NCBI GenBank assembly: GCA_018692925.1
Contig: JABHLH010000013.1
Coordinates: 7,206 to 71,205, forward strand
DNA length: 64,000 nt
Source: an archaeon
GTDB taxonomy: Archaea > Nanobdellota > Nanobdellia > SCGC-AAA011-G17 > GW2011-AR17
Direction: 5' to 3'
Part shown: piece by piece, positions 25,119 to 33,361 of the stretch
How the letters are laid out: each line of letters opens with the position of its first letter
How positions within the stretch are numbered: position 1 is the stretch's first letter
The notes under the pieces: generated by a model
The model's database searches: none
The model's input: the letters and a program-made list of their open reading frames with translations, nothing else
Told to the model about the DNA's origin: nothing
Translations under genes and position numbers: made by a program

Positions 25119-25456
25119 TTTCTTTTAATTTTACCATAAATTCCTGCAGCAATTGCAGATTTAATTAAAGGTTCTGTAAAATAAGCAAAATTTAGAGGTA
25201 GTTTATCTAAAATTACTTTATTTTTACCTTCATTAAATCTAAAATACAATAAGTTATCTCTATCTCTAAATACAGAAGGATGATCAACCCATTCTCCGTC
25301 AACACAAGCCTCAATTCCCATAGGAACTCTATATTCTCCTAACATAGGAATACCCAAAGTAACAGTATCTTCGCCTCTTCTAAATTTAATTACATCTTCA
25401 GGCTCTAAACCTTCAAACCTAAAAGTTGTTTTTCCTCTTACTTTAACATAACTCAT
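25115..25456 (-). CDS. hypothetical protein (113 aa)
   Basis: Track ORF; 14-nt overlap with the upstream Dph2-like gene suggests co-translation. No motif recognised. Confidence 0.45.
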   Translation of the reverse strand: MSYVKVRGKTTFRFEGLEPEDVIKFRRGEDTVTLGIPMLGEYRVPMGIEACVDGEWVDHPSVFRDRDNLLYFRFNEGKNKVILDKLPLNFAYFTEPLIKSAIAAGIYGKIKRN

Positions 25457-26048
25457 TTTCTATATCACCTAAATTAATTAATGGAACATTAAAATCATCT
25501 TCAAAAATTCTAATACAAGCTGTATTAACCCAACATTCAATATCATTAAAATCTTCTAAATTTTTAATTTCATTACACATAAAAATATAAGCTTCTTTTC
25601 CACATTTTTCTTTAAACTCTAAAGCTTTCTTCATATTATTCTGTCCAGGTTTTGAAGAAACTAAAATACCAATTTTTTTAGAAGTAATATATTTCAACAA
25701 CATTCCCTTTTTTCTTTTCTCAAATTTTTCTAGATATTTTTCATCTAACTCTTTAAATTCTTTTGACATAGGGTTTAAAATATAAATTTTTTTCTTAGTT
25801 TGAAAAGCTAAATTTAATGGATGAAACATTCCTGTACCAATATACAAAAAAGCTTCAGCATCAGAATTTTTCACACATTTAATATTACACCCTAGAATTT
25901 GTCCTAAGAAATGATCTAATTCTTTAACTTCATCTAAATATTGTATAGTAGTAACTATCCCATATTTCTCTTTAATATCAAATTTATTCATTAATTCCTT
26001 TATTCCAGCACCTTTAACTTTAACTGGTATGTAAACAACCTTTGCCAT
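25443..26048 (-). CDS. Dph2-like diphthamide-synthesis radical SAM protein lacking domain 1
   Basis: Collinear with domains 2-3 of archaeal Dph2: GQILGCN, FLYIGTGMFHPLNLA, KKIYILNP, KKIGILVSSKPGQ, NTACIRI (corresponding to VACPR). Confidence 0.6.
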   Translation of the reverse strand: MAKVVYIPVKVKGAGIKELMNKFDIKEKYGIVTTIQYLDEVKELDHFLGQILGCNIKCVKNSDAEAFLYIGTGMFHPLNLAFQTKKKIYILNPMSKEFKELDEKYLEKFEKRKKGMLLKYITSKKIGILVSSKPGQNNMKKALEFKEKCGKEAYIFMCNEIKNLEDFNDIECWVNTACIRIFEDDFNVPLINLGDIENELC

Positions 26049-26105
26049 AGAATCAATTTGGATCTTACTCTCTTTTTAAAACTTTCTAAAAAAAAATAAA
26101 AAAAA

Positions 26106-26486
26106 TTAAAGAAAAAGTGCATACAATGCCCAAAGCATCAAAGCAGTCCAAATCACAATAGGTAACATAGCTCTTCTTAACATATGCTTATCTTTCAACA
26201 TCTTTGTAACCATTTGCATTAACTCCTTTGAATAAGCTGCAAAAGTCATCAAGTATAAGAACATCACAAATAGAATTACACCAAATATTTGTACAATACT
26301 AAATGTTTGAAGCAAGAACCATAATGTCACAACTGCTAATACTGCAGAAACCCACATAGTTATTTTTGGTTTTTTAAAAAAGAAATTTACTACACCCATC
26401 CAAGATTTTGGATTCTTAAAAATAACTATCATTTTTACTAAACCTAATACCACAACAATAAGGGCCATAATTTCAATAGCGTTCAT
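26106..26486 (-). CDS. integral membrane protein (4 TM)
   Basis: Four hydrophobic helices across 126 aa. Confidence 0.55.
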   Translation of the reverse strand: MNAIEIMALIVVVLGLVKMIVIFKNPKSWMGVVNFFFKKPKITMWVSAVLAVVTLWFLLQTFSIVQIFGVILFVMFLYLMTFAAYSKELMQMVTKMLKDKHMLRRAMLPIVIWTALMLWALYALFL

Positions 26487-26577
26487 ATTTCACCTCCTTT
26501 ATTTTTAACAAAGTGTTTGCATTTATAAAAATAACGAATTCAAAACTCTTTTAAAGTCTCTATTTTTCTTTAAATAA

Positions 26578-27207
26578 ATGTCATTATCAATAATAATCCC
26601 TGCATACAATGAAGAAAAATATATTGAAGAAACCTTAAAGACAATTACTAAAGGTGAAATCATTGTTGTCTGTAATGCTTGTACTGATAACACTGCAGAC
26701 ATTGCAAGAAAATATACTAACAAGGTTATCGAGCTTCCAATTAAAGGAGTATCTAGGGCAAGAAACATTGGCGCACAATATGCTTCTAATAACAGATTAA
26801 TTTTCTTAGATGCTGACATAAAAATGGATAACAAAATTTTAGACAAAATTGAAAAAACAAAATATAACATTGGAACTTCAAAAGTAAAATCACAAACAAA
26901 CAAATTCATTTACAATTTTTCAATGAAAATAAAATCCTTAGCACACAATTTTGGTGTTTGTACAGGCTTAATATTCTGTGACAAATTAATTTTTGACAGA
27001 GTTGGTGGTTTTGATGAAACTCTTTCTAAAAAAGAAGATGGAAAATTTTTAAGAGTTGCAAGAAAAAAAGGAGATTTTGGAATTGTTAATGCTTATGTTT
27101 ACAACAACATGAGAAGATTTGAAAAATTAGGATTAAAAAATGTTTGTTTATACTGGATAAAACAATACACTTTTCCAGATAAAAAAGAATATGAGACTAT
27201 AAGATGA
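26578..27207 (+). CDS. family 2 glycosyltransferase
   Basis: MSLSIIIPAYNEEKYI..., ...LDAD... (DxD), typical of a GT-A N-terminus. Confidence 0.8.
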   Translation: MSLSIIIPAYNEEKYIEETLKTITKGEIIVVCNACTDNTADIARKYTNKVIELPIKGVSRARNIGAQYASNNRLIFLDADIKMDNKILDKIEKTKYNIGTSKVKSQTNKFIYNFSMKIKSLAHNFGVCTGLIFCDKLIFDRVGGFDETLSKKEDGKFLRVARKKGDFGIVNAYVYNNMRRFEKLGLKNVCLYWIKQYTFPDKKEYETIR

Positions 27208-28178
27208 AAGCAATTGAAGAGATTTATAATAAAGATTACACATTTGTTGATGTTCGTTCTCCTAAGGAATTTGAAGAAGACCATATACCTGGTGCTATAA
27301 ACATTCCTTTATTTTCAAATGAAGAGAGAGCAATAGTTGGAACAATTTACAAAAAAGAATCTAAAGATCTTGCAATTGAAAAGGGATTAGAAATTATGTC
27401 TGAAAAACTTCCAGCAATGGTAAAAAAATACAAAGAAATTGAAGGAAAGGTTTGTATTTATTGTTGGAGAGGTGGAATGAGATCTGGTTCAATAACTTCT
27501 TTACTAAAATCTATGAAATTCAATGTTATCAAATTAGAAAATGGCTACAAAGATTACAGAAGATATGTTAGGGAAGAATTAGATAAAATAGAATTACCAG
27601 AATTTATAGTAATTTATGGACTAACAGGTTCAGGTAAAACAGAATTATTAAACAAAGTTTCAAATTCCTTAGATCTAGAAGGTTTGGCACAACACAGAGG
27701 AAGTATTTTTGGAGATATAAATTTAAAACCAAATTCTCAAAAAAGGTTTGAATCCTTATTACTAAAAAGATTATTAGAATTACAAAAAGAAAAGATTGTT
27801 TTTGTAGAAGGAGAAAGTAGAAGAGTGGGTAGAATTCTAATTCACGAAAAAGTTTGGAAACACATGCAAGAAGCAAAAAAAGCAAAATTAATTTGTCCTG
27901 ATGAAGAAAGAGTTGAAAGAATTTACAAAGAATACTGTAATGATTTAGATAAAAAATTATTCAAAGAAAAAATATTACTCATAGAAAAATATTTAGGAAA
28001 GCAAAAAGCTCAAGAACTAATCCAACTTTTAGATGAAGATAAAATCAAAGAAGTAATTAAGATAATTTTATTAGATTACTATGACAATTTATATGCACAT
28101 ACAATAGACAGTAAAGAATACATTGCAGAGATTCATTCACTTCAAGAGCTTAAAGAACTATGCCCTAGTAAATCTTGA
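27204..28178 (+). CDS. selU: tRNA 2-selenouridine/geranyl-2-thiouridine synthase (SelU/MnmH), single polypeptide
   Basis: Rhodanese part: DVRSPKEFEEDHIPGAINIPLFSNEERAIVGTIYK...CWRGGMRS. P-loop: YGLTGSGKTELL. Also LDLEGLAQHRGSIFG and VEGESRRVG. Collinear with E. coli SelU throughout. Confidence 0.88.
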   Translation: MKAIEEIYNKDYTFVDVRSPKEFEEDHIPGAINIPLFSNEERAIVGTIYKKESKDLAIEKGLEIMSEKLPAMVKKYKEIEGKVCIYCWRGGMRSGSITSLLKSMKFNVIKLENGYKDYRRYVREELDKIELPEFIVIYGLTGSGKTELLNKVSNSLDLEGLAQHRGSIFGDINLKPNSQKRFESLLLKRLLELQKEKIVFVEGESRRVGRILIHEKVWKHMQEAKKAKLICPDEERVERIYKEYCNDLDKKLFKEKILLIEKYLGKQKAQELIQLLDEDKIKEVIKIILLDYYDNLYAHTIDSKEYIAEIHSLQELKELCPSKS

Positions 28179-28546
28179 ATTTTTCTTAATAAATCAATTG
28201 GAGTAAATACCTTTTGTAAAAATCCATCAGCTTCGTTACTAGGAGAATTATATCCACTAACTAGTAAAGTCCGAGCTTGAGGCCTTGTTTTTTTTGAGAA
28301 TATAATTAAATCTAAACCAGAAACCTTAGGATCTTCTAAACATAAATCAGCTACTAATATATCATAAGCAGGATTATCTTTAATATAATCATAAGCATCA
28401 TTTGCATCACCTTCACATAATAAAGAATAACCTTCTTTTTTAAAATAATCTTCAAAACAATTAGCAAGAAATTTTTCTTTTAAAAACAAATCATCTACAA
28501 AATATATTTTAGCTCTCCAGTTTTCCATAATCTGAAAAATAAACAA
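28142..28546 (-). CDS. stand-alone response-regulator receiver (CheY-like) domain
   Basis: KIYFVDD..., DILVADLCL (phospho-acceptor Asp), LLVSGY, GFLQKVF (conserved Lys). Confidence 0.75.
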   Translation of the reverse strand: MFIFQIMENWRAKIYFVDDLFLKEKFLANCFEDYFKKEGYSLLCEGDANDAYDYIKDNPAYDILVADLCLEDPKVSGLDLIIFSKKTRPQARTLLVSGYNSPSNEADGFLQKVFTPIDLLRKIQDLLGHSSLSS

Positions 28547-28610
28547 CTCATATTTAAATCTTGTTTATCACAAGAATCTTAATAAACTCACTACACTGAA
28601 AAGAAATTTA

Positions 28611-30638
28611 ATGATTTTGGGAAAAATTATAGGAAAAAGTACTACTAGAGATTTTCAATTTAAGCTAGAAAATAAAGCTAAGAAGTTTGATTATTTACAA
28701 ATTATGCACTCTTCAGGTAATTTCACCTTAGCTCAAATTGAAGAAATAGAGAAAGATCATGAAAAAACTATTGCTTTTTGTTCAATTATAGGTTTCAAAG
28801 ACGAAAATAACCAATTAAAAGCTCTCAGATACCCTTTAGAACCTGGTATTGAAGTTCTAAAAGCAAATGATGAGTTCATCCAAGAAACACTTAAGTTAGA
28901 AAACAAAACAAATACAGCTTACATGGGGACCTTAGATGGACATACAAATATTCCTGTTTTCTTAGATCTAAACAAAGCACTAACTAAACATGTGTCAGTT
29001 CTAGCAAAATCTGGATCAGGAAAATCTTACAGTGTTGCAGTTTTACTTGAAGAATTATTAGAAAGAAAAATTCCAGTAATTGTAATTGACCCTCATGGAG
29101 AATATCCTTCATTAAAATATCCTAATTCAAAAGATAAAGAACTAATGATAAAGTTTGGAATTGAACCAAAATCTTTTCTAAAACAAGTAGTAGAATTTTC
29201 TCCAGACATAAAAATAAATCCTGATGCAAAACCATTAAAATTAAACTCAAGAAATATGAATTCTTCTGAGCTAATCCACATTTTACCAACAAAACTTTCT
29301 TCTTCTCAAATGGGTTTAGTTTACTCAGCTCTAAAAAATCTAGGTGGCCAAGTAAATTTTAACGATTTATTAATTGAACTTGAACTTACAGAAGACAACA
29401 ACAGTAAATGGACATTAATCAACATTTTTGAATATGTAAAAAAACTAAACTTATTTTCAGAATCTCCAACATTAATGAACGAACTTGTTCAACATGGAAA
29501 AATGTCAATAATTAACTTAAGAGGTATTGCTCCTGATATTCAAGGAATGGTAGCTTACAAATTAATTAACGATTTATTTACTGAAAGAAAAAAGAATAAT
29601 ATCCCACCATTTTTCTTAGTAATTGAAGAATGCCACAATTTTATTCCTGAAAGAAGTTTTGGGGAAGCAAAATCTTCTGCAATTATTAGACAAGTTGCAG
29701 CTGAGGGTAGAAAATTTGGTTTAGGTTTATGTTTAATTTCCCAAAGACCATCTCGAGTAGAAAAATCGGCATTATCACAATGTTCAACACAAATCATATT
29801 AAAAGTTACAAATCCAAACGATGTAAAAGCAATTTCAAATTCTGTTGAAGGTATCACAAAAAATACAGAGAAAGATATTCCAAACTTACAAATAGGATCT
29901 GCAATGATCGCAGGACTTATTGATATACCATTAATAGTAAATATTAGACCAAGAAAAACTAAACATGGAGGAGAGGCTATAACTTCTTTTGTTCAAGAAA
30001 CTGTAATTGAAGAAAAAGAATTTTCAGAAATTCAAGAAGAATACACTCAAGAGGGAGAATCTTTTCCAATCATCAAACAAAGATTTACTTTAAAGGATGT
30101 AAAAATTATGCATGGAGATGACACAAAAATAGATCACGAACTTATTCCAGCCGTTTTAATGACATGTGATAATGATGGTGAAGAATTCAAAATTTTAATT
30201 GATTTAATGAATTTACAAATTATTGACAATTTAGAAGAAGTCTCAGGTGAATCATTATTAAAACTAAATCTACAAGAGATTAATTCTAACCAAGAAAAGA
30301 TTTTAGATGTTGCAGTAAAATTAAAAGAATTCAAAGCAGCAGATATATTTTCAAAATCGGGTTTACAATTCTCAGAGCTTTACGACACTATGAACATTCT
30401 TACAAGAAAAGGATATTTAATCAAAAATGAAAATGACTACACATTAAGTCCACAAATGGATTTTATAGCAAACATTAACAAAAAAGAATTTTATCAACCA
30501 ATACAATTCTCAAGAACAAATGCAAAAGAACAAAAAGCAAAATATGAATACACAGTTGTCAAAGATTTCATTAATAAATTCTTTCAAGTTAAAGAAATCA
30601 AAGAATGTTTTGTTGAAAAATTTAGTGTTCAATCTTAA
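28611..30638 (+). CDS. herA: HerA-like hexameric ATPase/helicase with a C-terminal wHTH-like extension
   Basis: HAS-barrel-like N-terminus, Walker A LAKSGSGKSYSV, Walker B FFLVIEECHNF, ISQRPS. Extra ~200 aa ending ...FSELYDTMNILTRKGYLIKNENDYTLSP. Confidence 0.85.
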   Translation: MILGKIIGKSTTRDFQFKLENKAKKFDYLQIMHSSGNFTLAQIEEIEKDHEKTIAFCSIIGFKDENNQLKALRYPLEPGIEVLKANDEFIQETLKLENKTNTAYMGTLDGHTNIPVFLDLNKALTKHVSVLAKSGSGKSYSVAVLLEELLERKIPVIVIDPHGEYPSLKYPNSKDKELMIKFGIEPKSFLKQVVEFSPDIKINPDAKPLKLNSRNMNSSELIHILPTKLSSSQMGLVYSALKNLGGQVNFNDLLIELELTEDNNSKWTLINIFEYVKKLNLFSESPTLMNELVQHGKMSIINLRGIAPDIQGMVAYKLINDLFTERKKNNIPPFFLVIEECHNFIPERSFGEAKSSAIIRQVAAEGRKFGLGLCLISQRPSRVEKSALSQCSTQIILKVTNPNDVKAISNSVEGITKNTEKDIPNLQIGSAMIAGLIDIPLIVNIRPRKTKHGGEAITSFVQETVIEEKEFSEIQEEYTQEGESFPIIKQRFTLKDVKIMHGDDTKIDHELIPAVLMTCDNDGEEFKILIDLMNLQIIDNLEEVSGESLLKLNLQEINSNQEKILDVAVKLKEFKAADIFSKSGLQFSELYDTMNILTRKGYLIKNENDYTLSPQMDFIANINKKEFYQPIQFSRTNAKEQKAKYEYTVVKDFINKFFQVKEIKECFVEKFSVQS

Positions 30639-30891
30639 ATTCTTTGAACTCACCAGAATAACTTTCTTCAGTTACATCAATAGAACTAACTTTTGCACCT
30701 TCAGGTCCAATTGCACAAAACTCTAAAATATCGCTAACTTTTTCATCTTCACCTTCGAAAACAGCCTCTACACCTTTAGAAACATTTTTCACATAACCTT
30801 TCAATCCTAAAGCTAAAGCTTTCTTTTCAGTATTTGCTCTAAAGAAAACACCTTGCACTTTCCCTTTAATTAAAACACTAACTTTCCTCAT
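30622..30891 (-). CDS. acyP: acylphosphatase
   Basis: VLIKGKVQGVFFRANTEKKALALGLKGYVKN. Confidence 0.85.
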   Translation of the reverse strand: MRKVSVLIKGKVQGVFFRANTEKKALALGLKGYVKNVSKGVEAVFEGEDEKVSDILEFCAIGPEGAKVSSIDVTEESYSGEFKEFKIEH

Positions 30892-31867
30892 CTTTCTTAT
30901 ACTTTGGATAAACTCCTCTGTTCATAAATATTTTCAAATTTCCAATAACTAAACCTTTTTCTTTTTGCATTAAATTTTGCACATTTATTTTTGCTGGACC
31001 AAAACCAATCAACTCATTCTTCAAAGTCATAACTGCAACTTTATCTCCAACATTAATATCTTCATGTAATTTAACAACTCCTGGAACAGAAAGAAAAGCT
31101 CCATGACATAATGAATCTACTGCAGAATCTTGCACCCAAATCTTAGGCATATGTTCAACAATTTCTTCAATAGGCCTTACAACTTTTCGAATTTCTTCTT
31201 CATTACCATCTTCTTTCCATTTTACATAAGCATCTTTAAGATCATGTAAACTAACCCAATTCTTATCTTCGAAGTGCGCAACTTTAGTTCTAACTAATTC
31301 TTGCATATGAGCTTTTATTCCCATTTCTTTTCCCATATCAGTACAAAGTTTTCTAATATAAGTTCCAGCTTGACACCCAACCTTAAACAAAACTTCTTGA
31401 TCCTTAATCTCTAAAATATCTAAATAATAAATTTCTCTAAATCTCCACTGTCTTTTAACTGCACTTTTCTTTGGAGGCAACTGTTCAATTTCTCCAACAA
31501 ACTTCCCCATAACTTCTCTTAACTTACTTTCTTCAACTTTTTCATGTAATTTCATCAAACAAACATACTCTTTACCTGATTTTAATAAAACATCAACAGC
31601 TCTAGTTCCTCTACCTAAGGCTACAACTAAAATTCCAGTTACATTAGGATCTAAAGTACCAGAATGACCACATTTCTTAACACCAATAACATGTTTAACA
31701 GAATCTGCAACTTGATGACTTGTTGGACCTTGAGGTTTATTCAATATTACCAAACCTAAATCTAATAATTCTTCAACAGACCTATCCTCAGGTTTACAAC
31801 CATATTCAGGATTTGTTTGAACCTCAATTCTATTTACAATTTTTTGCTCTTTAACTTTCACAACCAT
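30878..31867 (-). CDS. cbf5: H/ACA RNP pseudouridine synthase Cbf5 (TruB family with PUA domain)
   Basis: GHSGTLDPNVTGILVVALGRGT (catalytic Asp motif); C-terminal PUA-like region. Confidence 0.92.
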   Translation of the reverse strand: MVVKVKEQKIVNRIEVQTNPEYGCKPEDRSVEELLDLGLVILNKPQGPTSHQVADSVKHVIGVKKCGHSGTLDPNVTGILVVALGRGTRAVDVLLKSGKEYVCLMKLHEKVEESKLREVMGKFVGEIEQLPPKKSAVKRQWRFREIYYLDILEIKDQEVLFKVGCQAGTYIRKLCTDMGKEMGIKAHMQELVRTKVAHFEDKNWVSLHDLKDAYVKWKEDGNEEEIRKVVRPIEEIVEHMPKIWVQDSAVDSLCHGAFLSVPGVVKLHEDINVGDKVAVMTLKNELIGFGPAKINVQNLMQKEKGLVIGNLKIFMNRGVYPKYKKDEES

Positions 31868-31903
31868 AAACTAAAATAAAAACTAAGAATTTATAAAACT
31901 AAC

Positions 31904-32419
31904 TTATTGCTTAACACTCTTCTTGTCATCTTTTTTAACAATTTTTTCTGTTCTCTTTGCTTCTAAAACTTCTTTTTTCTCATCTTTCACTTCTTGAACT
32001 TTCTCTGCTTTCTTATCTTCACCTTTCTCTAAAACTTCTTTCTTCACTTTCTTTTCATCTTCTTTTTTAGGATCTTTCTTTGTACCAACTACACTCTCTA
32101 ACTTACCTGCTAATCCTTCTTTTTTCACTACTTTCTCAAATTTCAATTGTTCTTTCTCAATACCAACTAACTCAGCATAAGCATAATCTCCATCTTCTTT
32201 ATCTTTAATCAATTCAACATTAACTTCAACTTTATGAGGTGGATTTCTTGGACCATTTTTCCAAAGTTCCATATTAAGATGTCTTCCTAACTTTACATTT
32301 TCAACTTTCATGTGTTTAATTAAGAATTTTTTTGTTGCACTAACTGCTTTCTCAGCTTTCCTATAAGTAGGTACTTTTTGAAATGCTCTTCTTAGGGGTA
32401 TTACGTAGTTTCTTTCCAT
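31904..32419 (-). CDS. rpl31e: ribosomal protein L31e with an ~80-aa K/E-rich C-terminal extension
   Basis: ERNYVIPLRRAFQKVPTYRKAEKAV...LWKNGPRNPPHKVEV, followed by the tail ...KKDPKKEDEKKVKKEVLEKGEDKKAEKVQEVKDEKKEV... Confidence 0.85.
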   Translation of the reverse strand: MERNYVIPLRRAFQKVPTYRKAEKAVSATKKFLIKHMKVENVKLGRHLNMELWKNGPRNPPHKVEVNVELIKDKEDGDYAYAELVGIEKEQLKFEKVVKKEGLAGKLESVVGTKKDPKKEDEKKVKKEVLEKGEDKKAEKVQEVKDEKKEVLEAKRTEKIVKKDDKKSVKQ

Positions 32420-32421
32420 TT

Positions 32422-32595
32422 TTAAGCCTTAGTTTTAGTTCTTCTCCAACTTCTTTTAATAGTTGTTAATCTACCAGGATGAACTCTTCTTCCTTTACCA
32501 TATACTTTAGGTACTAACCAAAAGGGTGCCCATCTTGTTTGCCTGCCTTTCTTTGCAAGTCTTAATTTTTTTGCTAAATTTATGTATCTACTCAT
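32422..32595 (-). CDS. rpl39e: ribosomal protein L39e (57 aa, below track cut-off)
   Basis: Hand translation: [61 protein letters not shown] overlap with the upstream gene. Confidence 0.85.
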   Translation of the reverse strand: MSRYINLAKKLRLAKKGRQTRWAPFWLVPKVYGKGRRVHPGRLTTIKRSWRRTKTKA

Positions 32596-32870
32596 TTTCT
32601 TTTAACCTTAAACTCTTTTTTCTTTGGCCTCATCTGCACAAGCAAAGCTTTATACTGGGAATCACTTATCCTAGCATTTAATCTTCCTTCTTGCGCCATT
32701 TCGGCTATGATTATCAATGATTGTACAGCCTTTTCAGGATGCACTGTTTTTAAGTTACCATATCTTGTAACTGCTTCTGCACTTAAATATTGTTTCACAA
32801 ACTTTTCAAGTTCTTCAAGCTTCTGCTTCAGAAGCTTTTCTTTTGTCTGTGAATGATTTTCTTGCGACAT
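32592..32870 (-). CDS. PDCD5/TFAR19-like dsDNA-binding protein
   Basis: ...[49 protein letters not shown]... It occupies the conserved archaeal position between S19e and L39e. Confidence 0.75.
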   Translation of the reverse strand: MSQENHSQTKEKLLKQKLEELEKFVKQYLSAEAVTRYGNLKTVHPEKAVQSLIIIAEMAQEGRLNARISDSQYKALLVQMRPKKKEFKVKRK

Positions 32871-33270
32871 TATCTAAAAATGATTGACCTTTTCCTGTAA
32901 TAACTCTTCCTTTATGTACACCTTTTTCTTTATACTGTACATAACCTGCAGCTTCTAATTGTTGTAAAACAATTCTAATAATTTTTCCTGAAGCTTTATA
33001 GAACTTTTCAGGTCTTACTCCTCTATTTTTCTTTGTACCATAATATGTTCTTAATTTTGAAACTCCAATAGGTCCTCTTGTATAAACTTTTCTTAAAACT
33101 GAAGCAGCTCTAAAGTACCACCAATCTTGATCATCAGGTAGTCTTTCTTGTCCAGGTCCTGTTTTAACTATCTCTGCCCACTCAGGTTTTTGAACTTCCT
33201 TAACTTCCTTCAATTCTTCTCCAGCATCTCTTATCAAAAGACTTGGATCAACATCATAAACTGTTACCAT
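32815..33270 (-). CDS. rps19e: ribosomal protein S19e
   Basis: [10 protein letters not shown]...[50 protein letters not shown]. Confidence 0.9.
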   Translation of the reverse strand: MVTVYDVDPSLLIRDAGEELKEVKEVQKPEWAEIVKTGPGQERLPDDQDWWYFRAASVLRKVYTRGPIGVSKLRTYYGTKKNRGVRPEKFYKASGKIIRIVLQQLEAAGYVQYKEKGVHKGRVITGKGQSFLDNVARKSFTDKRKASEAEA

Positions 33271-33361
33271 ATTTCCTCTAGAAAATTGAGAGGGTTTATA
33301 TACGTTTCGGTTGTAAAAGAACTAAAATAAAATTAAAAATATAAAAAAAATAAGAAGAGTT

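Noticed and set aside
26523-26909. 128-aa minus-strand track ORF
   Set aside because: Antisense to the 5' half of the GT2 glycosyltransferase, which has clear family motifs.
28611-30638. Canonical HerA-NurA-Mre11-Rad50 repair operon
   Set aside because: Only HerA is present. The flanking genes are a receiver domain and acylphosphatase/cbf5, so the operon call is not supported here.
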